Shown: positions 28,487-38,458 of the stretch, in pieces
Layout of the letters: each line of letters opens with the position of its first letter
Position numbering within the stretch: the stretch's first letter is position 1
NCBI GenBank assembly: GCA_051532055.1
Contig: JAOPTX010000058.1
Coordinates: 1-58,017, forward strand
Source: Fibrobacterales bacterium
GTDB taxonomy: Bacteria; Fibrobacterota; Fibrobacteria; Fibrobacterales; JAOPTW01
Direction: 5' to 3'
DNA length: 58,017 nucleotides
Program-made: the position numbers and the translations under genes
The notes under the pieces: generated by a model
Told to the model about the DNA's origin: nothing
What the model saw: the letters and a program-made list of their open reading frames with translations, nothing else
Database searches by the model: none

Positions 28487-29329
28487 ATGGACTATGTTGG
28501 ACAAATATATCGCCCTCCCAGTGAGCGGAACTCAATATTATTACAGGTTACTGTAGGGTGCTCCCATAATAATTGCAGTTTCTGTGAGATGTATCGGGAT
28601 AAAGATTTTAGGGTAAAATCGTGGGAACAGATTGAAGCTGACCTAGAGTATGCGGCAATCCACTATAAAAATGTATCACGGCTATTTTTATGTGACGGTG
28701 ATGCAATGGTATTGTCCCATAATAAATTGGTTCGACTTCTTATACTGATCGCTGAGATACTTCCTTGGGTTCAGGTAATTTCAGCATACGTCTATGAAAA
28801 AAATCTTCAAAATAAAACAGTAGAGGATTTAAAAGAGTTGCGAGATCTCAATTTAAAAATGTTGCATATGGGATTAGAATCGGGACATGCGGAGACATTA
28901 GCTTTTCATGGTAAAGAGTCTGACCCAAGCTATATTATTCAGCAAGGCTGTAAAGTAAAAGACGCAGGCATCAAACTCTCACTGACCGTATTACTAGGGT
29001 TAGGGGGTAATAAAGACTCTATGGTACACGCGAAAGAGACGGGGAGGGTGATCACTCAGATCGATCCCAATTATGTTGGAGTGCTCAGTTTGATGATTAC
29101 GCCCAATACTCCACTGTTTTCTCAATGGAAAAATGGGGAGTTCGAAAAAATTGAGTATCTTCAAGAATTAAAAGAGCTGAAAGAGCTACTGGCTAATACT
29201 CATATGAGTAAGGGTATTTTTTCGGTCAATCATGCATCGAATAAGATTCCCATACAGGCACGGATGCCCCGTGAAAAAGAAGCAACCCTTGTATTTCTGG
29301 ATAGTATTGTAACTAAAGGTAAACAATGA
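28487..29329 (+). CDS. Radical SAM protein (COG1032-like, stand-alone)
   Basis: YRPPSE, CSHNNCSFC (CxxxCxxC), FLCDGDA, GLESG, NHASN. Confidence 0.9.
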   Translation: MDYVGQIYRPPSERNSILLQVTVGCSHNNCSFCEMYRDKDFRVKSWEQIEADLEYAAIHYKNVSRLFLCDGDAMVLSHNKLVRLLILIAEILPWVQVISAYVYEKNLQNKTVEDLKELRDLNLKMLHMGLESGHAETLAFHGKESDPSYIIQQGCKVKDAGIKLSLTVLLGLGGNKDSMVHAKETGRVITQIDPNYVGVLSLMITPNTPLFSQWKNGEFEKIEYLQELKELKELLANTHMSKGIFSVNHASNKIPIQARMPREKEATLVFLDSIVTKGKQ

Positions 29330-29482
29330 GCGCAAATAGAATTAATGTTCCAAGAACACTTTAGATTACATAATAATTGAATACATTTCCCAATCTGGAA
29401 GTAATGGCCTCGGGGGATCAATGTATGCCATTGATAGATGCCACTACTAAAATTAAAAATATTTAACTATCGATAGGATGTT

Positions 29483-30292
29483 ATGAATAGAGAATTTGTT
29501 GATCTATTACTGTTTCTGGCTATGGCAGGTGTTGTTATAGCGTTTGCTATAAATGCAAAAACGGCGTATAAACGTGCATTTTCTGGGGTTATTGCACTGA
29601 CCATTGTACTAACGGCAATCATTGTCTATTATGTACGTGAATTTAAGCCCAGTTACTCAGAGCAACAGTTGGTGACCGTTGAATCATCAGATGAGTTGGA
29701 TGCAATTATCGTCGAAGAATTCGAGAAGGCTGAGGTAGATAGTTCAGAAAATCAAGAAGCGGATATACTCGCTGCAGCTGAAGACTCTGAAGAGAATATT
29801 ACTCAAGAAGAAAACATAAATGAAGTGGTCGAGGCAGAATCTGAAGAAGAGTTAGCGGTTGAACCAGAACTTGATGATATTCAGAATGAAGAACCAGATG
29901 ATGAACAAGAGCTTGAGGCATTTAAGGAAAAGGCCCTTGCTCTTAGACGTGGAATTACCGATGTGCACCGAAAAATGCAAAAATTAGATTTGCAAGAAGT
30001 GTATGACATGGAAGAGGATGAATATAAGGTGTTTGTTAAAGACGCCAACTGGCTAAAAATTCTCGCGGTTAGATATTATACTAATGTCAAAAGATTAGAA
30101 GTTCCATCGGAAGCGAAAAATACTTTTATACAACTCAAAAAGTATGGCTCACATGTACGATATGCGGGTCTCAACCTCTACACATTTAGTAAGGCTGGAG
30201 ATGACGATGCAGAAGCTACACACGAAGCTAAATTTAAAAATTATCGATCGAAAGCATGGAAGTATTACAAACGACTTAAAAAGCTGCTGTGA
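29483..30292 (+). CDS. Hypothetical membrane protein: two TM helices, acidic linker, helical C-terminal domain
   Basis: Two hydrophobic N-terminal segments and an E/D-rich stretch. Confidence 0.7.
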   Translation: MNREFVDLLLFLAMAGVVIAFAINAKTAYKRAFSGVIALTIVLTAIIVYYVREFKPSYSEQQLVTVESSDELDAIIVEEFEKAEVDSSENQEADILAAAEDSEENITQEENINEVVEAESEEELAVEPELDDIQNEEPDDEQELEAFKEKALALRRGITDVHRKMQKLDLQEVYDMEEDEYKVFVKDANWLKILAVRYYTNVKRLEVPSEAKNTFIQLKKYGSHVRYAGLNLYTFSKAGDDDAEATHEAKFKNYRSKAWKYYKRLKKLL

Positions 30293-30333
30293 TCTATTGT
30301 ATCGCGTTCCTATAAATACCGTTTTTACTTTTT

Positions 30334-30374
30334 AAAAAGAGGCCGCATTGCTATTGCAATCGGCCTCTTTTTTT
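30334..30374 (+). terminator. Intrinsic terminator
   Basis: AAAAAGAGGCCG/CGGCCTCTTTTT stem plus T tract. Confidence 0.85.
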
Positions 30375-30618
30375 ATTTACCCTTCAGTAGATAGTCCTAT
30401 CAAAATAATGCCATCATCAATAGAGGGTGAGCGATGTGCTCAATTTCTTTTTTATAAATTTTCACAAAGTGTTTTCTCACCGTGAACAGTTTAAGGTGAA
30501 TGAATTGCTGTAATTGTTTATGAATGCGAATGAAGATTTAAATTTCCATGAGTTCTAGAAAATATTTGCCTTTTGATAAAAAGATCAAGATGAGTAAGTA
30601 TAAAACATAAGGGAAAAG

Positions 30619-32349
30619 ATGATACAACAATTTATTCGCTCAATACTTGTAATTACTGTATTGGGGACACTACAACTATTTGCAGCTGACTATCAAAATG
30701 TTTCAGCAAATAAACAATCAATAGGGTCATCGTACCGCTACAATAGTAATGGGTATGAATACCTCGTGCAAAATGGTAATGATGCTGATCAAAACTCTCA
30801 TTGGGAGTCTGAATCCAATGACAATGAATCATTTGAAATTGATTTAGGGTCACCAGAATATATTGGCAAATTTAAAATTTATTGGGAAGCGCGCTATTAT
30901 GCAACCTCATTTGATATTTTACTTTCAAATGATAAAAGTAATTGGGATACTGCGGAACGTATTACAGGAGCAACGGGTGGTACCGTAGAGTATTATGGTA
31001 ATTATGGAGAATATCAGTATATTAAAGTGGAACTAAAAACCCGTTCTGAAAGCTCACGAGGATTTTCATTCTATGAATTTAAAGCATACGCTACAGCTAA
31101 GCCTGAGTTACCCAATGTAGCAGTACGTTGGTTTGGGCCGCTCAAAGAATATCTAGAAAATCCTGCAGATGGGGATGCTTTTTTTCACTCATATCTTAAT
31201 CAGAGTTACATTTTTTATAGAGAGGTTTGGGAAGTATTTGCTATAGGAGAAACAGGATCAATGGGTCCACGTGGATACCAGGGCGAACGTGGACCTCAAG
31301 GCCCAACAGCAAACATAGATGCATTAATTACTCGAATTGAGGCTCTCGAGGCTAAGCTTATACACGTAACAACGGTCGGAGAGAATATGTACATTGATAG
31401 TGCAAATTTACATATCCGGAGTGGAGCTGGTAGCACTGCAGGTACCGTAAATGCTAGAGGTAATTTGATCATTGGATATAATGAAAATACTTCTGGAAAT
31501 TGTAGTCGAACTGGTTCACATAATATCATTTCAGGTGTTTCTAATTGTTATGCAAGCTATGCCGGTGTAGTATTTGGACAGGGTAATACCGTTGGTGGAG
31601 CGTATTCAACTATTGTAGGTGGAAGCAATGGCACTATCAGTGGAGAAAATTCTAGCATAAGTGGTGGAAGTAATGGCACTATTAGTGGAGGAAGTTCTAG
31701 CATAAGTGGTGGATATTATAACAATATTGCGGGCAACTACGCAAGTATCAGTGGTGGTCAACAAGGAATAGCGAGTGGCTACTTTTCAAGCGTCAGTGGT
31801 GGTAGACAGGGGACAGCAAGTGGAGATCATTCAAGTATCAGTGGTGGTTGGAAGGGAATAGCAAGTGGAACTTATTCAAGTATCAGTGGTGGGATGCAGG
31901 GAACGGCGAGTGGTCAGACGTCAAGTATCAGTGGTGGTCAAGATGGATCAGCGGCCGGACAGGGATCGAGTATCAGTGGTGGTACGGACGGAAGTGCTCT
32001 AGGGGATTACTCAAGTATCAGTGGTGGGAGTCAGGGAACAGCTGAAGGCGTACTATCAAGTATTAGTGGTGGATATAAAGGACATATTATAGGAGGTTAC
32101 TCAAGTATCAGTGGGGGTGACAAAGGAACCGTTGATGGGGCTTTTGCAAATATCAGTGGGGGCACTGCAAATACCGCTACGGGGACTTATTCGAGTATAA
32201 GCGGTGGTTATGGTAACCAAGCCAATGGATTTGCCTCTTCAGTAAGTGCTGGTCAAAGTGGGCAAGCTAATGGTAACCATTCAAGTGTAAATGGAGGCTT
32301 ACTACAAAGAGCCGAAGCCACATACGAGACGAAGCCTGGAAGTTACTAA
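30619..32349 (+). CDS. Secreted discoidin (F5/8C, CBM32-like) protein with short collagen segment, coiled coil and 15-aa Gly/Ser beta-roll repeats
   Basis: Signal peptide; W.S...IDLG..IYWE..YATSF.I..SND..W; GETGSMGPRGYQGERGPQGPT; LITRIEALEAKL; many SSISGGxxGxAxG repeats. Confidence 0.75.
   Translation: MIQQFIRSILVITVLGTLQLFAADYQNVSANKQSIGSSYRYNSNGYEYLVQNGNDADQNSHWESESNDNESFEIDLGSPEYIGKFKIYWEARYYATSFDILLSNDKSNWDTAERITGATGGTVEYYGNYGEYQYIKVELKTRSESSRGFSFYEFKAYATAKPELPNVAVRWFGPLKEYLENPADGDAFFHSYLNQSYIFYREVWEVFAIGETGSMGPRGYQGERGPQGPTANIDALITRIEALEAKLIHVTTVGENMYIDSANLHIRSGAGSTAGTVNARGNLIIGYNENTSGNCSRTGSHNIISGVSNCYASYAGVVFGQGNTVGGAYSTIVGGSNGTISGENSSISGGSNGTISGGSSSISGGYYNNIAGNYASISGGQQGIASGYFSSVSGGRQGTASGDHSSISGGWKGIASGTYSSISGGMQGTASGQTSSISGGQDGSAAGQGSSISGGTDGSALGDYSSISGGSQGTAEGVLSSISGGYKGHIIGGYSSISGGDKGTVDGAFANISGGTANTATGTYSSISGGYGNQANGFASSVSAGQSGQANGNHSSVNGGLLQRAEATYETKPGSY
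31600..32300 (+). repeat. 45-bp period coding tandem repeat (SSISGG units); boundaries approximate
   Basis: Recurrent TCAAGTATCAGTGGTGG at 45-nt spacing. Confidence 0.8.
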
Positions 32350-32379
32350 TAACAAGAAGTGATACATAATGAAATGATT

Positions 32380-32403
32380 AAGGGCCGGTGAGGCCCTTTT
32401 TTT
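32380..32403 (+). terminator. Intrinsic terminator
   Basis: AAGGGCC-GGTGA-GGCCCTT plus T tract. Confidence 0.8.
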
Positions 32404-32590
32404 ATTGGGCGAATTCTCATACTCACTCTTACATTATTGGCAACGTATGCCGCAACAAAGGTCATTTTGTAAACTGTATATCTATGGTGATATTCGAAAC
32501 ATCACTGAGTGTAACGGCATCATTTTCAAGGGCTAGGTTCAAATAAGGGTATAGAGTGCCTACCTGGACCCCCAAAAAAAGATGATTGAC

Positions 32591-33460
32591 TTACAGCTTA
32601 ATCCAGTATTTCTCAATGTTTAATGGCGTTTCTTTTGATAATAATGGGTTGTCAATGGTAAATATGAGTCTGTTCTGCAAATTGGATTTATTTAAAAATC
32701 CACCAAGATATTTTTTGAAAACAAATTCAAACACTCCGTTATCAATAATAATATCCAGCCCTTTTTTTATTCGTTGTGCCAATTTTGGGTATTGGGGAGA
32801 AACAAAAAGGTAGGTTGGTGTGGTGATGTATAGTGCTTTTGTTGGTTCTATTACCATATTGGGAAATGTATTTTGTTTAGCGCTTAGTTCATTATAGATT
32901 TCGTTTATACCCCGGGGGAAATAATCAAATCTGTCAAGATCCAGCATGCTAAATAAGCCATCATAATTGCTACCTGTCACTAACTCAAAGTTCAGAGCTT
33001 TCATTACTTTGGTTATTGACCATTGAGTACCCGAGCCTGCTTTTAGGTTCTTAAGCTGGGGTATGCTGCTTAGATTAGCAAACTCTTTAACTCTCTTTTC
33101 ATTGATAAGAAAAAGTCGGTAGCCTAATAAACCTTTTCTAATGGGGACTCTTACAGGTAATACCGCCTCTTCCCACTCATTTCTGGTGGGTGCTTCATGG
33201 ACATTTATGGTAGTACCTTCCTTAAGGAGTAATAGCGCTCGTCCTCTGGACATTGGTTCCTTCGCATAGGTAATGAGGTATTTGCCATGGGTTGTAACTG
33301 TAGCGTCAAGAGCTTCTTTTAGAATTCTATGAGAGTACACATGTCTCTTGTCGTCTTTCGAAATTCCAGGAGCGAGTTTGATAATCGTTTGAGCGTGTAA
33401 TATTTGAGTCAATACGAGTAACGAAAAAATGAGATATGTTTTTATCAAGAGGTTCTCCAT
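32591..33460 (-). CDS. Orphan extracellular solute-binding protein (family 3-like)
   Basis: Signal peptide; PVRVPIRKGLLGYRLFLI, LFSMLDLDRFDYFPRG, YLFVSP. Confidence 0.8.
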   Translation of the reverse strand: MENLLIKTYLIFSLLVLTQILHAQTIIKLAPGISKDDKRHVYSHRILKEALDATVTTHGKYLITYAKEPMSRGRALLLLKEGTTINVHEAPTRNEWEEAVLPVRVPIRKGLLGYRLFLINEKRVKEFANLSSIPQLKNLKAGSGTQWSITKVMKALNFELVTGSNYDGLFSMLDLDRFDYFPRGINEIYNELSAKQNTFPNMVIEPTKALYITTPTYLFVSPQYPKLAQRIKKGLDIIIDNGVFEFVFKKYLGGFLNKSNLQNRLIFTIDNPLLSKETPLNIEKYWIKL

Positions 33461-33926
33461 TCTATAATATGAATATTACATATTATTAGTATCAAGTATT
33501 CATAATTTTATGATTATTATAAAATATGGAGGCTGTATCTGGGGTTTCTGCTAGAGATCATTTATTTGGTTGGTATTGAGTAGTTACCTAGAGCACTGTG
33601 AGTATGAAATCACCCGCACATAATTATTTTGCATCGACGCTTTTGACGAGTATCATTTTAGAGAACCCGATGAGTACGTAACAGTTTATGACAGGCCGTG
33701 TATATTATTGTTGTACACCACGAGGTGTACGATTATATTATTAGCTGTTATTTTGTAACAGGCAATGAGGGGTCGTTTTTTTAAATATATCGCAGTTAAT
33801 GGTTTTAGGTACTGAAAATATCAAATGATTGGTGCCCGTGATCACTTACCGTCTATTTAAAATAAGATCTCTTGGATGATGTGGAGAGAGTGCATTTGTG
33901 TGTCGTAACTCTCTCTGTCTTATCGC

Positions 33927-33962
33927 TGAGCACTCACCTTATAGGGTGAGTGCTCATTTTTT
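33927..33962 (+). terminator. Intrinsic terminator with no upstream + strand gene
   Basis: 12-bp perfect stem TGAGCACTCACC/GGTGAGTGCTCA followed by T6. Confidence 0.65.
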
Positions 33963-34302
33963 AGCTATTGATAACCCGTTACTTAATAACCTCGTCCTCA
34001 CCAGGAACAACCGAAAATATCCAATCTCTGAACCATTGTGTATGTGTGTCTCTACAGATGGATCGAGCTCTATCAAATGATTACTTTCTATGGCACGAAT
34101 AGTAAATACACCATGGGGCTCACATTGAATTGTCCAAGTCTCGTATGGAATGTAACTTTGCGATTAAACGATATGAATTTCCGCTGTATTCGCTATTTTT
34201 TTTACTCTTTTTTCCCTTATTTAGGATATATGTGACCTGAAACAGGGTTTTTTGGTAAAAACATGGTACTCTGTAAAAGTACCAATTCAATCTTAGGGAT
34301 GT

Positions 34303-36501
34303 ATGTTTCGATTAGAATTATTGATTACTCTGATATTTATATTCATCAGTGTCGGAGCTACCAAAGATACCATAGAACTAAATAGGCAGGAATTGGATAA
34401 TCTATTTGACATGTCAATGGAAGAATTGATGTCTATGAAAATAACATCAGCAAGTTTGGGTGATTTGAAAAAATCGCTTTCTCCTACAGATGTAATTCTT
34501 ATCACTTCAACTAGCATACAACATTCTGGTGCGCGTTCTCTAGATGAGGTATTGGAAATATTTGTCCCGAGCTTCAATAAACTGATTAAAGGGAAATTTG
34601 GTGATGCTATTGGAATTCGCGGAATTATAAGTGATAGAAATAACAAAATACTACTTCTCGTAAATGGTCGAATAATGAATGATAGGAGCTTGATTGGCGC
34701 ATTTTCAGAAAGACAAATTACTATGCTGGCTGATATTGAGAGAATTGAAGTGATTCAAAGCCCGCAGTCGGCGATGTATGGAACTGGAGCGATAAGTGGA
34801 ATAATAAGTATTTATACCAAAACGGGGGTAACGTCTCCTAAGGGTGTGGAGGTTACTTCTCATGTCGGCCTCGTCGATAGATTTCAAAATGTTCAATTGA
34901 GATATGGGAATACAATCAGTGATGATATGATTTACTCTATTTATTATGGAGTAGGATATGCTGATGGTGCCAGCTCTGATGATGCACCTATTCGTATTTC
35001 TATCGATACTGTTGATATAAATGGTGATACCATATTGAGTAATAATGATATGAGTTTTTTATCAAATAATCTTAATGCCTCTGGTAGAGTAAGGCATAAA
35101 GCACATGCACAATTCGAATATAACGATTGGAAAACTTGGATACGCTATGTAAGAGGTGGGGGTGACTACAATTTTACGCAGCAGCAATTTTTTAAAAAGG
35201 CTGCTAATAGTGATAGTCTCGTTCAACATAGATTGGAGTACTCTCAACTAACAGCTCTTTCTGAATATACCCAAACCTTAGGGGATTTTTCATTTGAAGG
35301 TCGGGTAAGTTATGATGACATTGGGGTTGTGCAACGTTCAAAAAATAGGATAGATGTTAATTATTTGGAAAAAGAATTGTACTCTCGGGTGCTTTTAAAA
35401 TATTCAAATAATGCCTTAAGTTTTGCGGTGGGACCTTCAGTTTCTTATGAGTGGCTTGGTGAACCAGCAGATGGAAATGATCAAATAGAAATGGTTATTA
35501 ATTCGAAATTGAAAGGATCACTCTATGACTCAACCCAGTCAGATTCTTTGAATGAATATTCAGAGAAATGGAGTACAGTCATGACTTCGGTGGTATCTGA
35601 AGCTCAATATTTACTATACGATTCATTCAAAATAGTACTTGGATTAAGGGTCGATAAACACAGCTATACCGGGTATTTGTTATCTCCCCGTGCCTCGATG
35701 ATATGGGGGGACAATGATGCACAAGCCCGCTTGAGCTATTCACGGTCTAATAGAAGAACGGATGATGGTGATTTAAGGAACGACTATTTAAATTCAGGAA
35801 AAACGGAATCCAATGATATAGAAATAATAGACTTTTATGAAGCATCAGGACATTATACTGTGTTTAAGGGAGTGCAAGTCTCTCCATCTGTTTTTTACGG
35901 AGACTATTCTGTTGTAGGGTGGGGCTGGTCAGAAAATAAATCCGTCCCAATAGGTGAACTCACGTATTGGGGTGCCGAAATGAAATTGGAGTATAGAGAT
36001 AGACGAAATTACTCGTATATTTCTCATAGCTATATTATGCCCATAGATTTTATACTTGATGGCGGCGAAGAGGCATTCCCAACAAACAATGTTTCAAATA
36101 TTCCCTATGGATATGGAAATAGTTTTCATAATTATCCGGATAATATTGTCAAACTATATACTCAATATTTTTTAAGTCCTGAACTGAGTCTGAATGCTTC
36201 ATTACAAATATTTGGTAAACTCTATGGGGCGCAAGATGCGGTAAGTCACTCAAGTGAAATTGATAGCCCTGTTTTAAATTCATCCTATACTCATGGTTCA
36301 AATACTGCATTTGAAGCCTCGTATTATTTAAATATGGGTATGAGTTATAGAGTGATAGAAGGGCTAACCATAAATGTACACGGTTATAATCTTCTCGGAA
36401 TCATAAATGATAATTGGAATAAACGAAATGAATTCCAAAGAAATTCTCAGTATAGAATTCAGCCTCTTTCAGCTGCACTACAGGTTAATTGGGGGTTTTA
36501 A
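34303..36501 (+). CDS. TonB-dependent receptor
   Basis: LFDMSMEELMSMKITSAS N-terminus; plug motifs GIRG..ILLLVNG, IERIEVIQSP.SAMYG.GAISGIISI.TK; GYNLL; C-terminal Phe. Confidence 0.92.
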   Translation: MFRLELLITLIFIFISVGATKDTIELNRQELDNLFDMSMEELMSMKITSASLGDLKKSLSPTDVILITSTSIQHSGARSLDEVLEIFVPSFNKLIKGKFGDAIGIRGIISDRNNKILLLVNGRIMNDRSLIGAFSERQITMLADIERIEVIQSPQSAMYGTGAISGIISIYTKTGVTSPKGVEVTSHVGLVDRFQNVQLRYGNTISDDMIYSIYYGVGYADGASSDDAPIRISIDTVDINGDTILSNNDMSFLSNNLNASGRVRHKAHAQFEYNDWKTWIRYVRGGGDYNFTQQQFFKKAANSDSLVQHRLEYSQLTALSEYTQTLGDFSFEGRVSYDDIGVVQRSKNRIDVNYLEKELYSRVLLKYSNNALSFAVGPSVSYEWLGEPADGNDQIEMVINSKLKGSLYDSTQSDSLNEYSEKWSTVMTSVVSEAQYLLYDSFKIVLGLRVDKHSYTGYLLSPRASMIWGDNDAQARLSYSRSNRRTDDGDLRNDYLNSGKTESNDIEIIDFYEASGHYTVFKGVQVSPSVFYGDYSVVGWGWSENKSVPIGELTYWGAEMKLEYRDRRNYSYISHSYIMPIDFILDGGEEAFPTNNVSNIPYGYGNSFHNYPDNIVKLYTQYFLSPELSLNASLQIFGKLYGAQDAVSHSSEIDSPVLNSSYTHGSNTAFEASYYLNMGMSYRVIEGLTINVHGYNLLGIINDNWNKRNEFQRNSQYRIQPLSAALQVNWGF

Positions 36502-36639
36502 ACTGGGTAGATGAGTGACCGGTACGCTTTTTAAAGAATAGTACAATCTGGATCAATAAGCAATTAACTGATTCTACCCTATTATTGATTGTAATGTGAT
36601 ATACTGTATTACTTGTTAATGAAAAGTGCTCTTTAAAGG

Positions 36640-38196
36640 ATGACTGTCATGAAGCCAATAATTGCAGATACTAAACCAGCAGTAGTAAGCCTTACAAAAG
36701 GTAAAGAGTATTATTTTTGTACCTGTGGTAAATCAAAGAACCAACCCTTTTGTGATGGCGCCCACGCCGGGAGCGATTTTAAACCTCAAAGCTTTGTTGC
36801 AGAGTCTGATGGCGATGCCTACCTGTGTGCATGTAAACATTCGAAGAATGCGCCCTTTTGTGATGGATCACATGCACAGCTCAATGCTGATTTGATTGGT
36901 AAAGAAGGGCCCGGAGTCTCGGATTCAGATTCAGCCGATCCAATGCCTTCGGCAAAAAATACAAAAGAAGAAGCGACACTAGAATACATTCACGCGCTTG
37001 CTCGGGATGGGCTCACGAAAGTAGGGCATCATGGGCCCATGACGTCTATGGGGGTTCCGGGTAATGAACTACCGCAGTGGGATGACTTGCAATTGATGGT
37101 TGCACAAATGGCGACAAAACCACTCATGGAAGATGTAGCTGTTTCAACGGAATTGGTCATTGGTCCAGAATCAAAAAAACCATTAATTCTTAAATCACCA
37201 TTGTTTGTCTCTGATATGAGTTTTGGCTCATTGTCTGAGGAGGCAAAGCTGGCTCTGGCTCGCGGAGCAGAGTTAGCGGGCACTGGTATTTGTTCTGGTG
37301 AAGGAGGGATGCTCCCCGAAGAACAAACTGAAAACTCGCGCTATTTTTATGAATTAGCGAGTGCACAGTTTGGGTACGATGAAGCTCTGCTCACTCGTGT
37401 ACAAAGTTTTCATTTTAAAGGCGGCCAAGGGGCGAAAACAGGGACCGGAGGACATTTGCCTGGAGAAAAAAATATCGGCAAAATCGCACAAGTGCGCAGA
37501 ATTACTGAAGGGACTCCCGCGGTCTCACCACCTACATTTCCCACTCTGCGTACCGTTGATGATTTTAAAGTGTTTGCCAATAGGGTTCGCGAAATTTCTG
37601 GAGGAATTCCCGTTGGGTTTAAATTGAGTGCCAACCACATTGAGCACGACATACAGTTTGCTCTTGACGCGGGGGCGGATTACATTATCTTAGATGGACG
37701 TGGAGGTGGTACAGGGGCTGCTCCTGAAATTTTCAGAGATCATATCAGTGTACCCACAATTCCTGCCTTGGCTCGGGCACGACGGTATCTTGATAAACAA
37801 GGTGCAAGTGACCGTGTGACATTAATCGCGACTGGTGGGCTCCGTACCCCGATTGATTTTGTGAAAGCACTTGCACTCGGAGCAGATGGCATAGCAATCT
37901 CGAATAGTGCTATGCAGGCTATTGGATGTGTCGCTGCTCGTATGTGTAATACTAATAACTGCCCTGCAGGTATTGCAACCCAGAAAGAAGAACTCCGGCA
38001 GCGGCTTAATGTTGATGTGGCTGCTCAGCGACTCAAGAACTTTTTTGACAGTTCAGTTACATTAATGCAAGTAATGGCGCGTGCCTGTGGCCATGATTCA
38101 TTGAGTAAGTTCACTCATACCGATCTGGCAACGTGGAACCGAGATATGGCTCTACTATCGGGAGTACGCTATTCTGGGCTGATACCTCCAGGTTAA
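36640..38196 (+). CDS. Glutamate synthase-related FMN-binding protein with two N-terminal CDGSH Fe-S domains
   Basis: CTCGKSKNQPFCDGAH, CACKHSKNAPFCDGSH; MSFGSLS, GEGG, GQGAKTGTGGHLP, DGRGGGTGAAP, C..ARMCNTNNCPAGIATQ. Confidence 0.93.
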   Translation: MTVMKPIIADTKPAVVSLTKGKEYYFCTCGKSKNQPFCDGAHAGSDFKPQSFVAESDGDAYLCACKHSKNAPFCDGSHAQLNADLIGKEGPGVSDSDSADPMPSAKNTKEEATLEYIHALARDGLTKVGHHGPMTSMGVPGNELPQWDDLQLMVAQMATKPLMEDVAVSTELVIGPESKKPLILKSPLFVSDMSFGSLSEEAKLALARGAELAGTGICSGEGGMLPEEQTENSRYFYELASAQFGYDEALLTRVQSFHFKGGQGAKTGTGGHLPGEKNIGKIAQVRRITEGTPAVSPPTFPTLRTVDDFKVFANRVREISGGIPVGFKLSANHIEHDIQFALDAGADYIILDGRGGGTGAAPEIFRDHISVPTIPALARARRYLDKQGASDRVTLIATGGLRTPIDFVKALALGADGIAISNSAMQAIGCVAARMCNTNNCPAGIATQKEELRQRLNVDVAAQRLKNFFDSSVTLMQVMARACGHDSLSKFTHTDLATWNRDMALLSGVRYSGLIPPG

Positions 38197-38458
38197 TACT
38201 ATGAGTATTTCGATACGGCTGTATCCCTGTCCTACCGAAACAAGTACAATCAAGGAGTAATTCTTGTAAATACACCTGTATTATCGGTTATGAAATGATA
38301 CTCCGATTAACGAAAATGGCTATTTCATCCAAAATTAGAGGAATATTCACCTAATAACTAAAGTATAGTGTCTTTATTACACTATAAGGTAAAAGATTCG
38401 TTTACAAACGACTCTTTCCTTTTTACGGAGGTATCTTTGTTACAACTGCTGGGGGGCA

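Noticed and set aside
29346..29442. Several 8-12 bp matches to spondin gene 24829-24887 in reversed block order
   Set aside because: Each is short and was found post hoc; they cannot be separated from chance without a shuffle test
33829..33920. Cobalamin or glycine riboswitch
   Set aside because: GGTGCC and GGAGAGA are present, but GGGAA/B12-box and GCCGAAG/CTCTCAGG cores are absent
33954..34170. About 70-codon minus-strand open frame
   Set aside because: No start codon and no recognisable homology
34303..36501. SusC/SusD polysaccharide utilisation locus
   Set aside because: The receptor is short, lacks SusC features and has no adjacent SusD gene
38451..38456. G6 phase-variable tract between an upstream TTG and the HD-GYP frame
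   Set aside because: The tract is short and is more simply the RBS for ATG 38465
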